Shown here: positions 39,080-51,676 of the stretch, piece by piece
Layout of the letters: each line of letters begins with the position of its first letter
Position numbering within the stretch: the first letter of the stretch is position 1
DNA from: Octopus bimaculoides
Taxonomy: Eukaryota
Direction: 5' to 3'
DNA: 64,000 nt
Assembly: GCF_001194135.2 (NCBI RefSeq)
Contig: NC_068983.1
Location: 120,440,552 to 120,504,551 of the forward strand
Notes under the pieces: model-generated
What the model saw: only the letters and a program-made list of their open reading frames with translations
Databases searched by the model: none
Told to the model about the DNA's origin: nothing
Made by a program: the position numbers and the translations under genes

Positions 39080-39993
39080 GGCATATTTCAGGTAGGTGGT
39101 GATATACTGAATGTTGTCTGCGAAAAACTGTTAGTGAAACAAATACCTTTTATCCAGGGTAATTCATTCTCTTTAATTCATTCTCATATAAATGAATATA
39201 TAAATATACCATCATTGATAAATATTTATCCACACTTAAATGTGGATGTTTTGTGGTAGATACCATGAAACTATATTGGCATTTTGGTGCAAAATGCACT
39301 CGTTTATATCACTAGCAGGGAGATAAATACCCACCCCCTCCGAGACCATTAGAGCATGCGGTTTTGACCTTCCTTGGTCTTGTCAATGATAGCTGCCTGA
39401 CTGCTACAGATAGCAGCGATTCAACTGCCTACCAGTGATATATAAAAAAATGGTGGCAGAACAGGTGCTGGTGTCACAATTAACCAGTGAAATGGTTAAA
39501 ACGAGTTATCATATTGGTGATAGCATGGATTTATCTCTCCACTAGCACTATTTATGTAAGTGTAATTTGTACCAAAAGCCAATATGTGAGTTTCTCTTAG
39601 GGCATCCACTGCAGTATGATTTATTCTAACAGAACATTTTTAAGTGGAGATAAATATTACCTCTCTGTTGTTCACTAGTTGCAGTATAAAGTAACTAGCT
39701 GTACATGAGTATACATTTATTGGTGTAGGAAAACAATTTAGAAATTAGACATCATCTGCATGAAAAAAAAAAAAAAGCAATAGGCAATCCATTGCATTAA
39801 TGTAGTCAATGTAATGACCATTAAAAAGTTAACTTCAGTTGTCTTATGTGAGAAATACATTATGTATGGGTGGATATACTGTATCAGTAATTTGACAGCA
39901 AACAGAATGAATTACTCTGGATAAAAGGTATTCGTTTCACTAACAATTTTTTGCAGGCAACATTCAGTATATCACAACTACCTGAAATATGCC
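39080..39993. mobile_element. MITE-like element with about 90-bp TIRs and nested internal inverted repeat
   Basis: ggcatatttcaggtag.. / ..ctacctgaaatatgcc; 39218-39330 inverted to 39520-39660; no clear TSD. Confidence 0.75.
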
Positions 39994-41269
39994 TTTCATC
40001 CACTTATTTCTTTTATCTTACTTCTAATATGTATTGGATATGGACTTATAATTGGGTGTAAGTTTATGTAACTGTGTGCTTTAAACAAAATAAAAAGCTA
40101 ATATAAAGAATATACATGCGAGGGAATAAAAATGTTAGAACTTCATGGATCTAAAGCCAAACATTACCTCAGTGTATGAGCATTATATTACATATTTAAA
40201 ACAAAATTGCACATTAAAAATTTACATTAAATTTACACTGAAGGAGTCTTTATGAGATCACACTACTGTTAGAAATAGCAGCCAAATCTTTTATGTTCAA
40301 GTTTGCATATTTTGACAAACTAAGCTACAAAGTTGTATTTTAATTTTAAATGAATTCTGGAGTTTATTAAGGATGTGGATATATGGGTATTTTGAAAATA
40401 CCCCACAGTGATAGCTGTGCCCTGCATAGCTACAAGCTGCTGTTTCGCAAGGCGTGGCACCCATTCAGCCACCCTGCCAGGGATACATCATGGGATTGCA
40501 ATATGGCTGATTGGGAAGTGACAGTGGAAGAGCTCAACTGAGCCCACATTGTTTCTTAATCTGATGCTGATTGGAGTTGTCCTAGAAGATCAATGGTCAG
40601 GATCACCAAGCTCTATCAAGAGAGTAACTGCAACACATCCATAGGAGTAGCATCCATGGTTGCGTAATCAGTTAATGAAAATTTCATTATGACTCAAGCT
40701 TTCAATTCAAGTATAAATAGAATTGGGTGGTGACAGTCATGGGACTCCATGCAACCAGTGCTACTAGATGATGAACAATTTATATCATATTTTAAAAATC
40801 TTTGTATAAAGATGTGTGTGTGTGTGGGTGTGTGTGTGTGTGTATGTGTGTGTGATTATCATCCTTTAACATCTGTTTTTCAAGGTGGCTTTTCTGAAGC
40901 AGGCAAAATTGACAAATGAAATAATGGTGCCTCAGACGGCTGTACAATGAAAAACAGCTTAGGAATTACTAAGAGTTGTATTTTTCAAAGGTGAATTTGT
41001 CAGTTAATGTTTGCTAGTCCTAAAAACAATGGGCAATAAGCAGAACTAAGAACCACTTAATTTTATGTAACAATTTATTAGTTCCGCTGTTTGTTTTCCC
41101 TGATCCATTGTTATTATTTAGCTATATTCCAGGATAGCTATAATATTTCAATTGTGACTATCCCATCTTTTATTCAAATTTGAAGTATCTATCATAAAAC
41201 TATCCATTGTATTTATTTAAAGCCAGTGTGATTTGAAGGAGACTTAGCTGCTATTTGTAGCAGCTTAAT

Positions 41270-41960
41270 CATCATTACCCTTCATTTGTTTTCCATGCTG
41301 GCATGGGTTGGACAAGTTGGCCAGAGCTGGCAAACTGGAGAGCTGCATCCAGTTCCAGTCAGATTTGGCTTGGATTCCACGATTGGATGCCCTTCCTAAT
41401 GCCAGTCACTTTACAATGTGTGATGAGTGCTTATATGTGCGCTGGCACGGGTGCTAATGCGTGGTGCCAGCACGGGTGCTAATGCGTGGTGCCGGCACGG
41501 GTGCACNNNNNNNNNNNNNNNNNNNNNNNNNNNNNNNNNNNNNNNNNNNNNNNNNNNNNNNNNNNNNNNNNNNNNNNNNNNNNNNNNNNNNNNNNNNNNN
41601 NNNNNNNNNNNNNNNNNNNNNNNNNNNNNNNNNNNNNNNNNNNNNNNNNNNNNNNNNNNNNNNNNNNNNNNNNNNNNNNNNNNNNNNNNNNNNNNNNNNN
41701 NNNNNNNNNNNNNNNNNNNNNNNNNNNNNNNNNNNNNNNNNNNNNNNNNNNNNNNNNNNNNNNNNNNNNNNNNNNNNNNNNNNNNNNNNNNNNNNNNNNN
41801 NNNNCACGGGTGCACATGCGTGGCGCCGGCACGGGTGCACATGCGTGGCGCCGGCACGGGTGCACATGCGTGGCGCCGGCACGGGTGCACATGCGTGGCG
41901 GTGGCACTAAATTCTTGCAGGCCAATCCTCTTCACCAGGGAGAGCGACATTAACACCTCT
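41270..41960 (-). mobile_element. RTE LINE 3' UTR containing an expanded 25-bp minisatellite
   Basis: Tail homologous to 433-600; unit cacgggtgcacatgcgtggcgccgg on both sides of the gap. Confidence 0.8.
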
Positions 41961-42078
41961 CCAGTGGAGGATGGGTCTTCTTGCACACAGGTTTCCTTGT
42001 CATCCATCTTTATTTTACATGTGTGGTTTTCCTATAGTTATTTAAGATTATAACCTTATTTTCCTTTTTTATCTTCAG

Positions 42079-42276
42079 CTACATGTATGCTATTGGGGGC
42101 CAAGATGGAACAGAAGTATTAAGCAGTGTGGAGCAGTATAATTTCCTGGCCAATGAATGGATATCTGTTGCAGGTCTTCCACAACCTCTTCGCTGTCTTG
42201 CATCTGTTGCCTTTCGTGGTAATTTGTATGTATTTGGTGGTGAAAACAATGTCAAAATTAGTGACAAAGCTTACAA
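42079..42276 (+). CDS. Kelch-like protein, coding exon 3
   Basis: atcttcAG acceptor; YMYAIGGQDG..SSVEQYNFLANEW..LYVFGGE; donor AA|GTAAGA; phase 2-2. Confidence 0.95.
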
Positions 42277-44374
42277 GTAAGAACCTGTGTACTGTATAAA
42301 TTTTGTTTCTGGTAATGAATCTTAATATTCTCTTCATTCTTGCATTATAGGATGGTGATTAATTCTTAGAAAGTCATGTTTGTGATGCAGTTTCATTACT
42401 CAAATGAGCCATTTCACTTAATTTATTTTAGCTACTTTATAGAATTCCTTCTCCATAAATGTTTTCTATGAAATTGGATATAAGTACATTTCATTTCACT
42501 TCCCTTGGAGTGTCTGAAAAAATCTTTATTACTAACTAATTCAAAAATTAACATTAAGTAATCTCAGAATGAATGAGGTGCACATGGTTAACCATTTGGT
42601 GCCAAAGCTTAATTTTCTATCTTAAAATAAAAAAAAAAAGCATTTTTATGAAATGCTGAGAGAATAAAGATTTTAAATTTCTGTAAAAACATTGTTTTAT
42701 CCCCTACCATAAAACGACCTCCTTTGCTACTGTAGTCCCAGTCAATTGAAGTTGATATTATTCTTGCTAACCATGGCAACCTCACTAGTGCTAGTGCCAT
42801 GAATAGAGTATCCAACATTCTTAGTAAAATGGTTGGCATGAAGGAGAATTCAGCTACTGGATCCATGTCAAAGCTGATATTGGAGTAGGGTGCAGTCCTC
42901 TAACCATAGAAACCTGTCAAACTACCCAATTCATGCCAGCACAGACCATGGCTAATGACACACATTCACTCACTCACTTGACCAAAAGTGATGGTTTTGA
43001 TAGGTTTATTGTTTAAGGGTTAGCATTTAGTTTGTGCTTTTGCGGGTTTGTGATATGAAGAGAAAAGAGAGGGAGAAATATACCATTTAGGAAAGGATTT
43101 GGCAGGTAAAGCATTTAGTCCCAGATGTTGGGAGTGAAGCAAAGTAATGCTGGTTGGAGGTAGAGATGCAGTCACATTGGAACGGGATTTGTGTTTTGAG
43201 AGTGAAGATTCAAGGAAAGAAATATTGTAGTAGAAATGGTAGATATCCAAGAACCATAATGGTTGAAGTAATAATGGTAGTTGTGTGGGAAGGAACAACA
43301 CAGTGTCCCAGGTTTTGAGTTACATTTAAGATGTATTTTCTGTTCTTGTTTTATTTTATGCTTTGAGTTGAATGGTTTGGCATTTTTTCTTCAAAATTTG
43401 GTTTGAATATTTGTATATATTCATTTTGTGTGTGTGATTTCATTATTATAAATTCTGCTTGTGGCTGAAACAAGAATATGAACGCATTCCTTCTGTGCCT
43501 TTTCATGTGTTTGCACACAATAGCTTAGATGGAATGTGGCTACATTCTTATTTCACCCACAGACAAGTTTTGTAATAATGAAATTTATTTCAGTTTTTCT
43601 GATTCACATTGTTGTGCATAATATACACATATGTATTTATAAAAAGTTTTGAATGTTTATAAATATTGAATATGAACAATGGTGTTTATATAAACTTACC
43701 CCTGTAATTATAATACAAAAGTTGAGGTTAATTATCTATATCATATCCTTTTATATGTAAAGCACAATGTAGATGTGTTTGCACTGACACTGAGCTCATT
43801 TATTGCACACTAGACTATTTTAATAGTCTTATCTCATTCAAATCGTTTTTCATATCCATCTATCATTGATAAAGGCAATCTGTATTTTAGTCCTTATTGT
43901 TTTATGGGTTATGTCAATGTTGTCTATTAGGAACAGTCACTATACATATCAAAGAAACATTCTTCTGTGTTCCCGATCCTGAACAATGTGCAACTAAAAT
44001 CTTTAAAGTTGTTACAAATGCTAGAATTTGTAATCACTGAAGATTTTTCTTGGTGATCTTGCAAATTCATAGCATAGCATAGATTGTATTGATGACTAGC
44101 CTTCCTTTTCCAAGCCAGGAACTACCAGAAAAACAAAGGCCATCCTGGAGAATGTAATCCAAGATACACTATCTGAAAAAAAATGTATAGTCATGCCTAG
44201 AACATCTTTTGATCAGAGGTTCAATTGAACAAGTCTGACCCGAGGCTATACAAAACCACCTAATGGATGTAAAGAAAATGCTTGCAAATTCAGTCTCAGT
44301 ATTTGAAGACAATAGGAGTTAAAGAAGGGGTTAATAGTTTATATAATATTTATCAGTATTAAGTCATCTAAAAA

Positions 44375-45591
44375 ATTTGAACATGAGGTTTATTTTTCAA
44401 TGTAGTCCCCCTTGCACTCCACACATTTCTTCCATCAGTGTTGAAGTGCTTGGTTCCCATTGGTGAAGAAGCTTTTATCCTGTTTGGTAAAAGTCATCAA
44501 CAGCAGATATGTCATCGCTGTGATACTGGTTCCCAACTAAGTGTTTTTCCATGTTGGGGAACAGATGATAGTGAAATGGGGCCAAATCAAGAGAATAGGG
44601 AGCGGTGATCAACCAGTTTAAAGCCACAGTCACACACAGTAGCCATTGAAACCAAGGACTTGTGTGTTGGAGCATTGTTTTGACAAAACAAAACCTCTTT
44701 TGTCCTGGGCATTTGGTCTTGATAAACTTTCGTAACTATCTCAGCAAGTTGGCATAGTAATCTCCATTGGTGATGTGGCCTTTTTGAAGATATTCAATGA
44801 ACACTATGCCTTTTGCATCCCAAAAATCTGAGGCCATCACTTTTCTTGCAGATGACATGACCTTGGTCTTTTTTGGGGTGGGTGAAGATGGGTGTTTCCA
44901 CAGCATGGATTGTCTCTTTGTCTCTGGCTGATGAAGCCAACACTCATCCTGGCTTAGGAAATATTCAATAAAACTAGCTGGATCTGCCTGAAACAATGTC
45001 AAATTTTCCCATGATTTGATCTGCCTAGTGTACTTTTGATCAGGTATCAGAAGACATGGCATTCACCAAGCAGAAACCTATATCATGCCAAGATCATTTT
45101 GTAGAATATTCTAAACACTCTCACAGGATATGCTAATAACACTGGCTATTTGATTTATAGTCAGTTGCCTGTCCTCCATCAGCATGTGGTGAACATGATC
45201 AATGTTTCCCTTGGTGGTACCTGTTTCATGACGTCCAGACTGTGGGTATCTTCAAGACTCTGTTCCTCTCCTAAATTCAGCTGCCTACTTTTGCACTGTT
45301 GATAATGGTTGAGCATCACCCCCTAATGTAACGACCATGTTAACATGAATGTCCTTGAGGGCTAAACCATTTTTCTTCCAAGTACTTAACACCACAATGC
45401 CAATTTTTTTCTGTTTTCAAGAGAAGTTGCTACTAGTTATGTTTGAAGTCTCCTTTGAAGAGTGAAATGTCAGCTTACCTGGAAAGAAACAATGCAGTTA
45501 TTAATAAGGGGAAATGAAATTACTACATGCAAAATTCCACAGCTCTAGCATCACCCCTTCATAGTCGGCCTATGAACTTTTCAGCCCACCA
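44375..45591 (-). mobile_element. Near full-length decayed mariner
   Basis: DECWLHQPETKRQSMLWKHPSSP..KVMASDFWDAKGIVFIEYL and PYSLDLAP motifs; TIR at 45565-45593 matches the one at 19970. Confidence 0.9.
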
Positions 45592-45737
45592 TAGATTACT
45601 ACTTATTCCCCTAAGGAATTCCCATTTTCCAAATTTTGATGGGCCTTTAAAATGTCAGAGCGTTGCCTCTTCTCATTCAACTACCTTATGATAAAAGAAC
45701 ATCTTTTTATGTTCTCTTAAACTAAATTTACTTGCAG

Positions 45738-45838
45738 ATATTGTCCCAAATCCAATGTTTGGACAGAGCTACCATCTATGTCCAGTCCACGAGCACTCTG
45801 TGGAAGTGTTGTACATAAGGATAAAATCTATGTTATAG
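45738..45838 (+). CDS. Kelch-like protein, coding exon 4 (absent from the ORF track)
   Basis: tttacttgcAG acceptor; YCPKSNVWTELPSMSSPRALCGSVVHKDKIYVIG; donor AG|GTGAGT; phases fit exons 3 and 5. Confidence 0.93.
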
Positions 45839-46185
45839 GTGAGTTATAATCATTGAATATTCATCTACCAAATTTTACTCTCATGACTGAACTAAGGCTA
45901 TGGCAGAAGACACTTATCCAAAGTGCTGTGCATTACCCCAACCCATATGGTTGGGAAGCAAGCTTCCTATCAAGCAGCCATGCCTGTGCGTATTTGATTA
46001 TAATTTGTATTAGTCATAGCAGTTAATTCATAACGATATATTTTAGTATTTTGTGAGAAATGTTTGCTGTCATTTCAATCCTGGTGATTTCTCTGCTTCA
46101 TTTTTTTTACCTGTACTTCGTTTGTCCAAATTTGAGAGTTGATAAAACGAGAACCAGTCAAATACTGGGGTCATTATCACTGACT

Positions 46186-46574
46186 GTGGAGGCGCAATGG
46201 CCCAGTGGTTAGGGCAGCGGACTCGAGGTCATAGAATTGCGGTTTCGATTCCCAGACCGGGCGTTGTGAGTGTTTATTGAGCTAAAGCACCTAAAGCTCC
46301 ATGAGGCTCCGGCAGGGGATGGTGGCGAACCCTGCTGTACTCTTTCACCACAACTTTCTCTCACTCTTACTTCCTGTTTCTGTTGTGCCTGTAATTCACA
46401 GGGTCAGCCTTGTCACATTGTGTCACGCTGAATATCCCCGAGAACTACGTTAAGGGTACACGTGTCTGTGGAGTGCTCAGCCACTTGCATGTTAATTTCA
46501 CGAGCAGGCTGTTCCGTTGATCGAATCAACTGGAACCCTCGACATTGTAAGCGACGGAGTGCCAACAACAACAA
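46186..46574 (+). mobile_element. Full-length tRNA-derived SINE (second family) nested in an older SINE
   Basis: A-box tggcccagtgg, B-box ggtttcgattcc, (CAA)n tail, 11-bp TSD tatcactgact (46175-85, 46575-85). Confidence 0.92.
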
Positions 46575-47344
46575 TATCACTGACTAGCCTCCTCCCCTCA
46601 AACTGCTGGCCCCGTGCCAAAATTTGAAACTGTTATTTTTCACTTATGAAAAGCCTATGAGGGAACTTGTATGTGGTTGTTTGTTCTGCTAGGAGTAGCA
46701 GCCAAATCTCCCTCAAAGTACAGTCATCTTTGAAAAAAAAAAAAAAAATTGTTAGACTGGATAATGTAATTTTGAAAAAGATGAAATGGTCATGGTCGGA
46801 ATGTATTTGATTATAGATCAGTGCTAAATTGGAGCTAAAAGAAATCAAGAGACCATTGCTATTTGTAATCAGTGTGTGTGCTAGATTGTAATCATTATAG
46901 ATCTGTGTTAGACTGAATTCAGTTTTGTCTTTGCTTTACATATTCGAGCTGTATCACATCGAAATCTTTGCTGTTTAGCAAGTTAGAATTTAACCCTTTA
47001 GCATTCAGATGACTTTTTTTAATGCAATGCTTATTTATTCACATTGTTTTGAATTAACCCTGCATTATTTTGTAGCTTCAATATTACAAAGATGTGATTA
47101 TTTTTAGACTTACATTATAAGATAGGTGTGAAAAGCTAGATCTGGCCAGTTTTTAACATAAAACTGGTAGAATATTTTGGCTAGATATGGCTGGGTTGAA
47201 TATATATTTTTCTATTTCAAAGAAAGGTTTATGGGGAAATTTGTCTGATAAATTGGGTGGTCAAATTTGATGGATTTTTCTTTACTGGTCCTATTTTTTA
47301 CCGCTGCGTGGTAAAACACTCCTATACAATTAACTTCTGTTTAT

Positions 47345-47503
47345 TCATATCGGCCCAGGCATGGCTGTGTAGTAAGAAGCTTACTCCCTGGTTCAGCCCC
47401 ACTATGTGGTACCTTGGGCAAGGGTCTTCTATATCCTCTGACCAACCAAAGCCTTGTGAGTGAGTTTGGTAGATGGAATCTGAAAGAAGCCTCTCTCTCT
47501 CTT

Positions 47504-47574
<71 letters not shown>

Positions 47575-47588
47575 TTCTCTCTCTCTCT
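47345..47588 (+). mobile_element. SINE ending in a (CT)n microsatellite
   Basis: ccttgggcaagggtcttctat..gccttgtgagtgagtttggtagatggaa motif also seen at 6035 and 61960-62050. Confidence 0.75.
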
Positions 47589-48526
47589 NNNNNNNNNNNN
47601 NNNNNNNNNNNNNNNNNNNNNNNNNNNNNNNNNNNNNNNNNNNNNNNNNNNNNNNNNNNNNNNNNNNNNNNNNNNNNNNNNNNNNNNNNNNNNNNNNNNN
47701 NNNNNNNNNNNNNNNNNNNNNNNNNNNNNNNNNNNNNNNNNNNNNNNNNNNNNNNNNNNNNNNNNNNNNNNNNNNNNNNNNNNNNNNNNNNNNNNNNNNN
47801 NNNNNNNNNNNNNNNNNNNNNNNNNNNNNNNNNNNNNNNNNNNNNNNNNNNNNNNNNNNNNNNNNNNNNNNNNNNNNNNNNNNNNNNNNNNNNNNNNNNN
47901 NNNNNNNNNNGACAACCAGTGTTGGATCAGCAAAAGAGACTGCTAAAATAAGTACCAGGCTTTAAAAAAATGTCTTGGGGTCAATTTGTTCAACTAAAAC
48001 CTTTCAAGGCACTGCCCCAGCACAGTCACAGTCAAATTACTGAAACAAGTAAAAGATAACAGATGAGATCTTACCATACCAAGGGTTGAATGTCTAATTC
48101 AGTATCTGCATGACCTGTTAGTACAAATACAGATTAGTTAGACTGCAGTTAATACCTTCAGCTACTAAACATTCTCCCTCAATTTCTATAAACACTTGAA
48201 CAAAGGAGGTTCAATGATCATTTGGTCTGCTAGAAATAGTTGTCAAATCTCCTTTGACTTGTATCCTACTGCTTTTCAAATAAAAGATTGAATAATGTAG
48301 TCCTAGGTATAGTAAGCCTGAATAAAACTAGATTGTTTAGGCTTGCTTTAAAAAAAAAATTAAGGCCTGCTAAATCTGCACTGACCCAGATAACTACAAA
48401 TACCTGAATTTATAGAAGCATTCCATCCATACCAAAGAGGTTGAAAAGTTGGATTATCATTTTATATAATTCATAATTTGACTTGTATTAACAATGGGAT
48501 TCAATTTGTTTGTTTTTTATCTTCAG

Positions 48527-48664
48527 GTGGCAATGCTGCTGTTAGCGAAAAGTGGCGAAGGGAATTCATTCCAGAACACTGTGTTAGTTCTGTGGAAATC
48601 TTTGATCCAGAGACAGAATCTTGGTCAATGGGGCCTGAATTACCAAATGCATTATGTGGAGCTG
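48527..48664 (+). CDS. Kelch-like protein, coding exon 5
   Basis: atcttcAG acceptor; GGNAAV..VSSVEIFDPETESWSMGPELPNALCGA; donor G|GTATGT; phase 1-1. Confidence 0.95.
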
Positions 48665-49336
48665 GTATGTGTAAATTGAGCCTTAAAGCAGCTTACATAT
48701 CTAAGGCAATGATGTTANNNNNNNNNNNNNNNNNNNNNNNNNNNNNNNNNNNNNNNNNNNNNNNNNNNNNNNNNNNNNNNNNNNNNNNNNNNNNNNNNNN
48801 NNNNNNNNNNNNNNNNNNNNNNNNNNNNNNNNNNNNNNNNNNNNNNNNNNNNNNNNNNNNNNNNNNNNNNNNNNNNNNNNNNNNNNNNNNNNNNNNNNNN
48901 NNNNNNNNNNNNNNNNNNNNNNNNNNNNNNNNNNNNNNNNNNNNNNNNNNNNNNNNNNNNNNNNNNNNNNNNNNNNNNNNNNNNNNNNNNNNNNNNNNNN
49001 NNNNNNNNNNNNNNNNNNNNNNNNNNNNNNNNNNNNNNNNNNNNNNNNNNNNNNNNNNNNNNNNNNNNNNNNNNNNNNNNNNNNNNNNNNNNNNNNNNNN
49101 NNNNNNNNNNNNNNNNNNNNNNNNNNNNNNNNNNNNNNNNNNNNNNNNNNNNNNNNNNNNNNNNNNNNNNNNNNNNNNNNNNNNNNNNNNNNNNNNNNNN
49201 NNNNNNNNNNNNNNNNNNNNNNNNNNNNNNNNNNNNNNNNNNNNNNNNNNNNNNNNNNNNNNNNNNNNNNNNNNNNNNNNNNNNNNNNNNNNNNNNNNNN
49301 NNNNNNNNNNNNNNNNNNNNNNNNNNNNNNNNNNNN

Positions 49337-49337
<1 letters not shown>

Positions 49338-49381
<44 letters not shown>
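49338..49381. repeat. (CA)n microsatellite
   Basis: Direct reading. Confidence 0.95.
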
Positions 49382-49383
<2 letters not shown>

Positions 49384-51482
49384 CTGTATCCAAGAACATG
49401 CTAATCGACTGATTAGCAATCATTCATATATTAAACTACTCACACAAATTGCTTTTGTTTTCACTTGACAAACTACAACTAATCACAGGTACACATGCAG
49501 TTTCTTCTCTCAGCCGACACTTACATACTATTTCTTCACTCATTGAACATACATCAGCTGCTGGCTCACACACACCATTTCTTCTTTGTCTCTTTTACTT
49601 ATTTTCTAACTTCTACTGCTGTTCCTCTGAACTATTTTGGTGTGTGCATCTTTCAGTCAGTACCATTTCATTTCTTACTAACATTATCACTGTATCTGTT
49701 CAAGTTTTGCCAAGGTCAACTTTGCCTTTCATCCTTTTGGGGTTGATTAAATAAGTACTAGTTGAGCAATGGAGTTGATGTAATTAGCTAATCCACTTTC
49801 TCCAAATTTTAGACCTTGTGCCTATAGTAGTGATTATTACCATTATATCTGACCTATCAAAACCCTGATTAAACACTTTTTCAAGCCTTCCTTCCTGCAA
49901 TTGCAACCTAGGCATGAGCAACCTTTTTTTGAAAAGTGAGCTACATGAAACATGGCTTAACTTTGGATGAGCTGCACTACTACTAGAATTCAAGTTAAAT
50001 TTTTTGTTAGATGTTGCCATCCAGTAAGTTCTATAGGCCTCAGGTTACCCATGACTGCTGATACTTCCCTTGCCAGCATCTTTTCTCTTAAGATTAACCC
50101 ATAACTATTCAAGCTGAACATCAACCGCATAAATTTTTACTAGTCTGTCTTTATGGGTACTACTGCTCCATCCCCTACTAATGTCCCACTCATGTTTTTC
50201 TTGTATACATTCTAATACATAAATTCATGTGGAATATTGACCTCATCAATTTGAGAAGGCTAACAAAGGTCAGTGGGGCTGACCTATACACCTTTGGTTA
50301 AAAATATTTAAAAGAAAAAAAAAGAACTGACAAAATTCAGTATTGTGATTTGATTGTGTTTTGGAAATTAGTCTTTGGCTATAAAATATTTTCTAATTGC
50401 TGTTATGAAGTTGACATTATAATGTATTGTATTAAAACCAACATATTTTCTTGATACAGAAAAGAAAAAAAAATATTTATCTACTTTTTTCTAAAAATAG
50501 CTTGTCTGTTGGATTGTGTCACTGTCTTCAAGATTAAACACTCCTCAAGCTGGTCTGTCTCAAAATAATCAAATAAAATTAGCGAAATAAACTACACACA
50601 TTCACACACAGTATTTTTATTGAAATTATATGTCTCATGATGTTAGTTTCAGGCTACTGCAATCATATAATTTAAAATAGTATATTAAACATTTCGACTA
50701 TCAGCTTTTGCTCATTTACATAGCCCTCTCCAGTATAGGCTGTTACAAGCTCTCTCTCTCTCTCGTTTGCTGATTTGGTTTCCTGTCTGTAGATAGGAGT
50801 GTGGTGAAAGATAAAGCTGGGATGGGAAGGTGTCAAAGAAATAAGGGCCAGATGTTTAGTAGATATTTTATAAATTTACATTAATACCAAATACAACACT
50901 AATTCCCTACAAATTAGGTGCAAGGACACGACTTTCGGGTGAGGTTATATTCAAATTGATCCACTGTACTTATTTGAACTCTAAATGTAATGACTATTTT
51001 TTATATTCTGTTAGTTCTGCTGTATAATGCATCATTATGTAACTTTTTAATATGCTCTAAGGGAGGTAATTGCTTCAGTTCTCAATTATATATATTTTTT
51101 TTTTTCCGGATACATAAATACTCAGGAAAAAGAAAAATCTTCTGGAAATAAATAAAATTACCCTGGATGTCTAAAATATAAACTTAAATATTTCTCGTAT
51201 TACTGGAAAAAAAAACCCCTCTAAGATTAAGAAATAGAAAATCTCGAAAAAATGTTTACTAAATTTATGAAATTTTCATCTGAAAAGCATCAATAATAAT
51301 TATTACTCATTTGTGCTAGTTGTTAGTATAAAATTAATGGTAGAAATATGTATAGCTATAACTGTATCCAATATTAAAATTGTAATGGAGGATACTTCTA
51401 TTTAATACACTTAATGATTTAATTATTGTTCTATTTTTGATAAAACTAATTCTGACTTGAGATTTTTTCTATCTTACATCAG

Positions 51483-51676
51483 GCTGTGTCAGCTACGACG
51501 GCAAAGTGTTAACTGTGGGTGGCGAAGATGACAAGAGTTGGATGGCGGGCCTTTGCTGGTTACAAGAGGACAGTAATGGTCAAGAAGTATGGATGGAAGG
51601 TCAAGAGTTACCAACAGTTATGAGTACCTTTGGCTGTGTTGTGGCAAACCTTATAAATCAGCTTAATTTCACTTAA
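51483..51676 (+). CDS. Kelch-like protein, last coding exon (absent from the ORF track)
   Basis: tcttacatcAG acceptor; GCVSYDGKVLTVGGEDD..QELPTVMSTFGCVVANLINQLNFT*; total CDS 1860 nt, in frame. Confidence 0.93.

Noticed and set aside
46186-46270. Functional tRNA gene
   Set aside because: Imperfect cloverleaf that continues into a SINE body with a (CAA)n tail and TSD
47322-49423. Long ORFs in the track (also 1554-2342, 29925-30402, 41411-42053, 61329-61823)
   Set aside because: Artefacts of N-gaps and microsatellite or minisatellite runs
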